64,000 nt of DNA from Candidatus Omnitrophota bacterium (lineage in GTDB: Bacteria > Omnitrophota > Gorgyraeia > JAGLLT01): the NCBI GenBank assembly GCA_030632085.1, contig DAOVJY010000001.1:207402-271401 (forward strand). Reading direction: 5' to 3'. Shown here in pieces: positions 58,177-64,000 of this stretch; within the stretch, counting starts at the first letter, position 1, and the number at the start of each line of letters is the position of its first letter. The translations under genes were made by a program, and so were the position numbers. Below the pieces are notes generated by a model that did not search any database, was not told the origin of the DNA, and saw nothing but the letters and a program-made list of their open reading frames with translations.

Positions 58177-59505
58177 TTACGCCTTAACTAAACTAAACTT
58201 TAGATCAGCTTCAGAAACTATATTCCCATCTACAGAAGCCTTTGTGCGAACCTGTCCCGTTTTAGACTTAAGCTTAATAATTTCCACTTCAAACACTAAC
58301 TGATCTCCAGGAACAACTGTTTTTCTAAATTTAACGTTATCCATACTCATGAAATAAGCTATTTTACCGGCATTAGATGATTTACTTAAAAGTAAAACGC
58401 CTGCAACTTGAGCCATGGCCTCAACAATTAAAACCCCGGGCATAATTGGTCGGCCAGGAAAATGTCCTCTAAAAAAATACTCATTCATTGTTACATTTTT
58501 TATACCAACCGCTCGCTTATCTTCTTCTAATTCAATTATTTTATCAATCAATAAAAACGGGTAGCGATGAGGTAAGATATTCTGAATATCAGTTATGTTA
58601 AGTGGCGGCATACCTGAAAATACAGCCGGCGATTTAACGCCAGCTTCCTTCGCTTTCTTTACATAGCTGTACATTCGCTCTGATAATTTAATATTAAGCG
58701 AATGTCCACTTTTTAAAGCTATAATCTTACCTTTTATTGGTTTTCCCAAAAGATATAAATCACCCATAAGATCAGCAATCTTATGGCGCACAAATTCATT
58801 AGTAAATCTCAATTTATTATTTATGATACCGTTTTTACCGATAACAATAGTATTTTCGTAATTAGCTCCCTTTCCCAAGCCCATCTTTTTTAAAGCCTCA
58901 ACCTCTTCATTTAGACAAAATGTTCTTGCCGGGGCAATCTCTTTCTCGAAAACTTCTGAATCAATATTGATACTCATGAACTGAGAGCTTAAAAGAGGAT
59001 TTTCATAGCTTAGAGTATAAGAAATCTCAAATGAATCATGTGGCAGCAAAACCAAAGAACGATCTTTTTCTTCCAGCCAGATAGGCATTCTGGGTATAAA
59101 ATATTCTTTTTCAGCGTCTTGTTCTTTTATGCCAGCTTTTTTTATCAACTCCACAAATCCAAGAGCGCTACCATCCAATCCAGGAAGTTCCTCAGAATCT
59201 AATTCAACAATGATATTATCAATACCGGTACCGCATAAAGCAGACATAATATGTTCGATAGTGTGTATTTCAACGCTCATACCATCTTTTTTTACCCCAA
59301 TTGAAGTTCTTCTTAATCTTTTTGTGGGGTCTATAATATTTGAAATATGCGCTTTGACAACGGGTTTATCCGGCAAGTCTACTCTGATAAAATTTACACC
59401 ACTGTCTGCTAAGGCAGGCTTAAATTTTACATTTACTTCTTTGCCTGTATGAATACCGCATCCGCTAAAACTTACTTCTTTTTCAATAGTCTTTTGTTTT
59501 TCCAT
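58177..59505 (-). CDS. lpxC: Bifunctional LpxC-FabZ
   Basis: LpxC motifs (TIEHIMSAL, DGSA, APARTF, RHKIADLMGDL, GH) fused to FabZ (LPHRYPFLLID, GHFP..PIMPGVLIVEAMAQ). Confidence 0.95.
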   Translation of the reverse strand: MEKQKTIEKEVSFSGCGIHTGKEVNVKFKPALADSGVNFIRVDLPDKPVVKAHISNIIDPTKRLRRTSIGVKKDGMSVEIHTIEHIMSALCGTGIDNIIVELDSEELPGLDGSALGFVELIKKAGIKEQDAEKEYFIPRMPIWLEEKDRSLVLLPHDSFEISYTLSYENPLLSSQFMSINIDSEVFEKEIAPARTFCLNEEVEALKKMGLGKGANYENTIVIGKNGIINNKLRFTNEFVRHKIADLMGDLYLLGKPIKGKIIALKSGHSLNIKLSERMYSYVKKAKEAGVKSPAVFSGMPPLNITDIQNILPHRYPFLLIDKIIELEEDKRAVGIKNVTMNEYFFRGHFPGRPIMPGVLIVEAMAQVAGVLLLSKSSNAGKIAYFMSMDNVKFRKTVVPGDQLVFEVEIIKLKSKTGQVRTKASVDGNIVSEADLKFSLVKA

Positions 59506-59550
59506 GCACATCCAACCTTCTAAATATTTTAACTTATAGCAGAAATTAGC

Positions 59551-60579
59551 CTATTTGCGCTTTTCTAATTCCTCAATACGATTCTGAAGTTCTTTAATAG
59601 TCTTCATCATTTCAGGCAGTCTCTGAACGCAAGCATTGACTCTCTTGGCAATGTTATGGGGCTTGGCAGGGTAACCGGAAACTTTTGTATTCGGTGGGAC
59701 TGATTTAGTTACTCCGGCTTGCGCGGCAACAATAGATCCGTCTCCGATATTGATATGGCCCACAACTCCAGATTGACCGGCCAAAATAACTTCTCTACCA
59801 ATAACGGTACTACCTGAAATACCAGCCTGAGCAACAACTATTGAATTTTCTCCAATTATTACATTATGTGCTATCTGAACTAAATTATCTATTTTTGTAC
59901 CTCGACCAACTACGGTTTTATCAAATCTAGCCCTATCAATAGTAACATTAGCACCAATCTCAACATCGTCCTCAATGGCCACAGTACCAATCTGAGGTAT
60001 CTTATGATGGACGCCTTTAACTGTCGCGAAACCAAACCCATCACTACCTATAACACTTCCCGAGTGGACAATAACCCTATCGCCTATAGTTACTCTTTCT
60101 CTAATAGAAACGCTAGGATAGACAATACAATTTTTACCTATTTTTGCATGGTGCCCAAGATACACACCACTATAAAGGACGGTGTTATCGTCTATCTCCG
60201 CGTAATCTTCAACAACTACATAAGCCTGAATGGCTACATTTTTACCTAACTTGACATTATTACCGATAATAGCTGTCGAGTGTACGCCTTCCGGATGCTT
60301 ATCCTCATTGGGAGCTAAAAGAGAAACCAACCTGGAAAATGCCAAAGACGGATTATCGGTTTTAATAATTGTTTTTGGCCCACTTTCTACATCCATCGAA
60401 GTAATTATAGCTGAAGCATTCGTAGCATCCATTAAATTCATATACTTAGAATTAGCTATAAAAGTTATATCGCCTTTTTTAGCTTCTTTTATGCCCGAAA
60501 CACCGGTAATATGAATACTCTCATCACCAATGATAGTGCCATCAATTAATTTTGCAATCTCTTTAAGCGTTGTTTTCAT
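59551..60579 (-). CDS. lpxD: UDP-3-O-acylglucosamine N-acyltransferase
   Basis: [27 protein letters not shown]. Confidence 0.96.
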   Translation of the reverse strand: MKTTLKEIAKLIDGTIIGDESIHITGVSGIKEAKKGDITFIANSKYMNLMDATNASAIITSMDVESGPKTIIKTDNPSLAFSRLVSLLAPNEDKHPEGVHSTAIIGNNVKLGKNVAIQAYVVVEDYAEIDDNTVLYSGVYLGHHAKIGKNCIVYPSVSIRERVTIGDRVIVHSGSVIGSDGFGFATVKGVHHKIPQIGTVAIEDDVEIGANVTIDRARFDKTVVGRGTKIDNLVQIAHNVIIGENSIVVAQAGISGSTVIGREVILAGQSGVVGHINIGDGSIVAAQAGVTKSVPPNTKVSGYPAKPHNIAKRVNACVQRLPEMMKTIKELQNRIEELEKRK

Positions 60580-60602
60580 AAATACACCTTAGTTTATTTG
60601 CA

Positions 60603-61109
60603 TCATTTATTAAGTTCGTTTAAAATCCTATCAGTCAAATCATAACTGTCCTGTCCATAAAGTATCATGCGCTCATTAAAAATTATAGTATATTCTTCCT
60701 TTTTGCCTATTTCTTTTACTAGTTCATCAAACTCTTTAATAATTTCCTTCGCGGCGTCATCTTTCTCTTTGAGTAGTTCCTTGCTGGCTTTCTGATCAAA
60801 AGCCTGCAACTCTTTAATTTTTCCATTAATCTCACTTTGTATTTTGTTTTTTTCTACGTCACTGGCAAGCTCAAACTTGTCTCTAAGTTTTCTTATCTGA
60901 GTTACCTTTTTATCACGTTCTTTTTGTTTTTTTTCACCCTTTTTCTCTAAATCTTTTTCAGCCTCAATAGTTTTTTTGTAATTATTGAAAACCTTTACAA
61001 AATCAACATATCCAAATTTTATTTCCGCGGAAACCGCATTCGCAAATAAAAATACGAACATCATTGTTATAATAAAACTAACTCCTAGCATTCTAACTAT
61101 TTTACTCAT
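60603..61109 (-). CDS. skp: OmpH/Skp periplasmic chaperone
   Basis: Signal peptide, KFGYVD, coiled coil, DLTDRIL; lies between bamA and lpxD. Confidence 0.9.
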   Translation of the reverse strand: MSKIVRMLGVSFIITMMFVFLFANAVSAEIKFGYVDFVKVFNNYKKTIEAEKDLEKKGEKKQKERDKKVTQIRKLRDKFELASDVEKNKIQSEINGKIKELQAFDQKASKELLKEKDDAAKEIIKEFDELVKEIGKKEEYTIIFNERMILYGQDSYDLTDRILNELNK

Positions 61110-61142
61110 TAAACTACCTCCGTATAATATTTTAAAAGTTGC

Positions 61143-63428
61143 TTAAAACCCTCTGCTCATACTGAAATGGAATCTACCTTTCTTGTCTCCCGGATCATAA
61201 TCAAGTCCATAGCCATAGTCAACTTTGACCGGACCGATAGGAGTTTTAACTCTAACACCTAAACCAATGGAAGATTTAAAGTCTTTGCCCATATCTCCAA
61301 TATCAGACCAAACATTTCCTATATCGTAGAAAACAGCTCCCTTAATATTTTTCATAACCGGGAAAGTGTATTCCAAGTTACCTATTAACATTGAATCTCC
61401 ACCGATTGGTTCACCGCTTATTTTGGGACCTATGTGTCTTTCTTTATAACCACGAATTGTAGTAGCTCCGCCAGCATAGAATCTCTCGTATATTGGCACC
61501 ATATTAGTGTTATCATATTCATCCGCCAAGCCGGCCCTCAATCTGGTCTCAAATGTAAAATTCTCAAAATGCGTAAAGTACCAATCAAGTTCACCCCTAT
61601 ATTTCACGAAGTCTCTATCACCTCCAAAGGGTCCACCAACGATTTCAAGCGTATTATCAATAACTCCTCCCGACTTGGGATTGTAGCTACTGTCTCTCGT
61701 GTCTCTTACGAGGGTAAATTGAAGCGTACTTATCGCATGCTCGCCCTCTTCTTCCCAGACGTCAGGAAGATGATCCGCCGTGGCCCAATAAGGTATATTT
61801 CCAAGTTTAACCTGCTCTAATTTATACATCGTGCCTATATGTATGTTGTCATTTATTCTTTTACCTAGACGCACATCTCCACCTAAGCGCTGCAATTCAT
61901 ATAAATTTCTTGAGCGATATCTATTATAAAAATCAAAGCCAAATGATATAGGTTTATTAAAAAGCCATGGTTCTGTAAAACTTAAATCGTAACACTCTTT
62001 TTCGCTGCCGAGCTCTGCTCTGATAGATAATTTCTGTCCATCTCCCGTGAAGGTGGGCCAATTTCTCCAATCAAAATTACGCTGTTGCAATTCCACAAAA
62101 CCAATAAATTTATCTACAGAGCTATACCCCGCTCCAAAGCTAACTTGACCCGTTTTAGTTTCTTTTACGTTGATAATTAAATCTTTTTTATTGGGAGCTG
62201 AACCTGGAGCAGTATCATATGTAATCTCTTCAAAATAACCAAGGTTATTAAGGTTCTGCTTGCTTCTTTTAAGCCGGGCCCCATCAAAAACTCCTCCCGG
62301 CTTAACCTTTAACTCTCTTCTTATAACAATATCTTTTGTCTTATCGTTGCCGCGTATTATAATTTTTTCAATATAGGCTAATTCATTTTCAGTTATGTTG
62401 TAAGTAATATCCATCTGCTGTTTTTCTTTATTAAAAACAACTTCAGGAATTGTCCTGGCCGAAATATAACCTTTCTCAAAATAGAGCTCATTGATTCCGG
62501 CAACATCGTTTTCAAGTTTATAAGGCGTGAAAGTTGAACCGGATTTCATTTTCAGAGCCAGCTTAATAGCCTTTATATCAATAACCCCGTTGCCCTTTAT
62601 CTTAATCATACCAACCGTGTATTTATCACCTTCATAGATATCCAATACAATTGTCATTGTATTTTTACTCTTATTGTACTCTACATCATAATCAACCTCG
62701 ACATCGGCATAACCCTTATCAGCATAAAGCTGTTTAATAATTCTGATGTCACTTTTGAATTTACTATCATCAAAGAACCCTGAAGTAAATAGGGCATCTC
62801 TTTTAGTTTGAATTGACTTTAAAATAATTTTAGTATCTATAGCCTTATTACCGCTGACCTTAATACTGGAAATTCTATAACGTCCGCCTTCATCTACCAA
62901 AACAAAAACTCGGGCTTCATTTGTATCCTTATCAACTATAATCTCTTCTTTAACTATAGATAGATGATAACCTTCTTTAATATAAAAATTTTCTATTTTA
63001 TCAACATCCTGCTTTAGTTGAACGAAATTTAGCGGCTGATCAATCTGAGAATCCATTAGCCTGCGGAGTCTCTCGCTTTTTATGTGCTGATTACCTCTAA
63101 AGATAATCTCTTTTAAAAGGGGTTTTTCGGTTACTATAAAGCTAATTACAACACCTTCATCTTCATCCTGAAGATCAGCATTAATATCAGTAAAATACCC
63201 CGTTGCGTACAGATTCTTTATGTCCTCATTTAATTTATCCTGAGAAAAAACAGAACCTATTTGGGTTTTGACTTTTGAAAGTATAGTAGGCGTGCTGATT
63301 AATTTATTATTTACTACTTTAACATCAATGACTAATTTACCGGTTAGGTCTGCTTCGGCAAATACATCAGCCCCCATCCCCACTAATATCAAAACTACTA
63401 GTATTATGTAAAAAAAAATTTTCCGCAT
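61143..63428 (-). CDS. bamA: Outer membrane protein assembly factor BamA
   Basis: POTRA repeats (GN..TKD.VIRRE), GAGYSS, TIRGY loop-6 motif, C-terminal F; start at 63428 or 63446. Confidence 0.95.
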   Translation of the reverse strand: MRKIFFYIILVVLILVGMGADVFAEADLTGKLVIDVKVVNNKLISTPTILSKVKTQIGSVFSQDKLNEDIKNLYATGYFTDINADLQDEDEGVVISFIVTEKPLLKEIIFRGNQHIKSERLRRLMDSQIDQPLNFVQLKQDVDKIENFYIKEGYHLSIVKEEIIVDKDTNEARVFVLVDEGGRYRISSIKVSGNKAIDTKIILKSIQTKRDALFTSGFFDDSKFKSDIRIIKQLYADKGYADVEVDYDVEYNKSKNTMTIVLDIYEGDKYTVGMIKIKGNGVIDIKAIKLALKMKSGSTFTPYKLENDVAGINELYFEKGYISARTIPEVVFNKEKQQMDITYNITENELAYIEKIIIRGNDKTKDIVIRRELKVKPGGVFDGARLKRSKQNLNNLGYFEEITYDTAPGSAPNKKDLIINVKETKTGQVSFGAGYSSVDKFIGFVELQQRNFDWRNWPTFTGDGQKLSIRAELGSEKECYDLSFTEPWLFNKPISFGFDFYNRYRSRNLYELQRLGGDVRLGKRINDNIHIGTMYKLEQVKLGNIPYWATADHLPDVWEEEGEHAISTLQFTLVRDTRDSSYNPKSGGVIDNTLEIVGGPFGGDRDFVKYRGELDWYFTHFENFTFETRLRAGLADEYDNTNMVPIYERFYAGGATTIRGYKERHIGPKISGEPIGGDSMLIGNLEYTFPVMKNIKGAVFYDIGNVWSDIGDMGKDFKSSIGLGVRVKTPIGPVKVDYGYGLDYDPGDKKGRFHFSMSRGF

Positions 63429-63436
63429 TTTTTTAT

Positions 63437-63465
63437 ATGATAGCATAGTCTATATTAAATGTAAA
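63437..63465 (-). promoter_or_regulatory. Candidate promoter of bamA (near-leaderless)
   Basis: TTTACA-N17-TATCAT with TGn; ATG 8 nt downstream of -10. Confidence 0.5.
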
Positions 63466-63507
63466 CTATATATTACGAAATTTTTATTGCATAAACGCAC
63501 TGTAATA

Positions 63508-64000
63508 TTATATGTGCTCGCTTTCGGCATAATTCTCGAAACGCGCATACTCCTTAATAAATGTAAGGTAGAAATTGCCTACAGGACCATTTCTCTGCTT
63601 GGCGATTATAACTTCCGTTCTACCCTTATTTTCCGGTGATGGACTGTAATATTCTTCTCTTAAAAGAAGAGCGACTACATCAGCATCTTGCTCAATAGCC
63701 CCTGATTCTCTTAAATCTGAAAGCTGTGGCCTTCTATCAGTTCTGGACTCTACAGCACGCGACAACTGACTAACTGCGATAACCGGCACTTCCAGTTCTC
63801 TGGCTAATGCCTTTAGTGAACGCGAGATATCAGAAATTTCCTGTTGCCTGCTATCCGAGCGACGAGATGATGCCTGCATAAGCTGCAAATAATCAACCAT
63901 AATCAACTGAATGTTATGTTGCGATTTAAGTCTTCTGGCTTTAGCTCTTACTTCCAAAGCAGAAATACTGGGAGTATCATCAATATATATAGGTGCATCT
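63508..64000 (-). CDS. dnaB: Replicative DNA helicase DnaB, C-terminal part
   Basis: [43 protein letters not shown]. Confidence 0.96.
   Translation of the reverse strand, partial: DAPIYIDDTPSISALEVRAKARRLKSQHNIQLIMVDYLQLMQASSRRSDSRQQEISDISRSLKALARELEVPVIAVSQLSRAVESRTDRRPQLSDLRESGAIEQDADVVALLLREEYYSPSPENKGRTEVIIAKQRNGPVGNFYLTFIKEYARFENYAESEHI

Noticed and set aside
2663-61820. Numerous 60-140 aa ORFs nested in or antisense to long genes
   Set aside because: They fully overlap well-supported CDSs, have no motifs, and are typical shadow frames

Overview
AT-rich, gene-dense bacterial window from a diderm, LPS-making organism. Gene content and order suggest PVC superphylum or Ca. Omnitrophota, but that is an inference. 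Almost all genes lie on the minus strand. Positions ~1-40.8 kb form one co-oriented envelope/glycan block: lptD, nucleotide-sugar enzymes (ugd, rfbCABD, GDP-sugar SDR, WbpA/TviB-like dehydrogenase, two WbpP-like SDRs, UDP-xylose synthase), a Wzx-type flippase and GT2/GT4 enzymes. Downstream of these lies a modular tailoring region with two >1000-aa AftD/YfhO-like membrane proteins, two intact and one broken unnamed GT-C-like membrane proteins, five SAM methyltransferases, a B12-type radical SAM enzyme, an aminotransferase, a GNAT, AsnB and a carbamoyltransferase. Positions 40.9-64 kb are housekeeping: ROK kinase, tandem diguanylate cyclases, MalK-type ATPase, accD, six tRNAs, glmS, frr-pyrH-tsf-rpsB, msbA, GnnA-like/lpxB, lpxI-lpxA-lpxC/fabZ-lpxD-skp-bamA and partial dnaB. 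Several relics are missing from the ORF track: a deletion-fusion scar of a duplicated cassette, a transaldolase stub, an MFS-like remnant, and an internally deleted four-helix-bundle element with inverted heptamer repeats between two tRNAs. No CRISPR array, rRNA or transposase was seen. All calls come from reading the sequence; no database searches were run.
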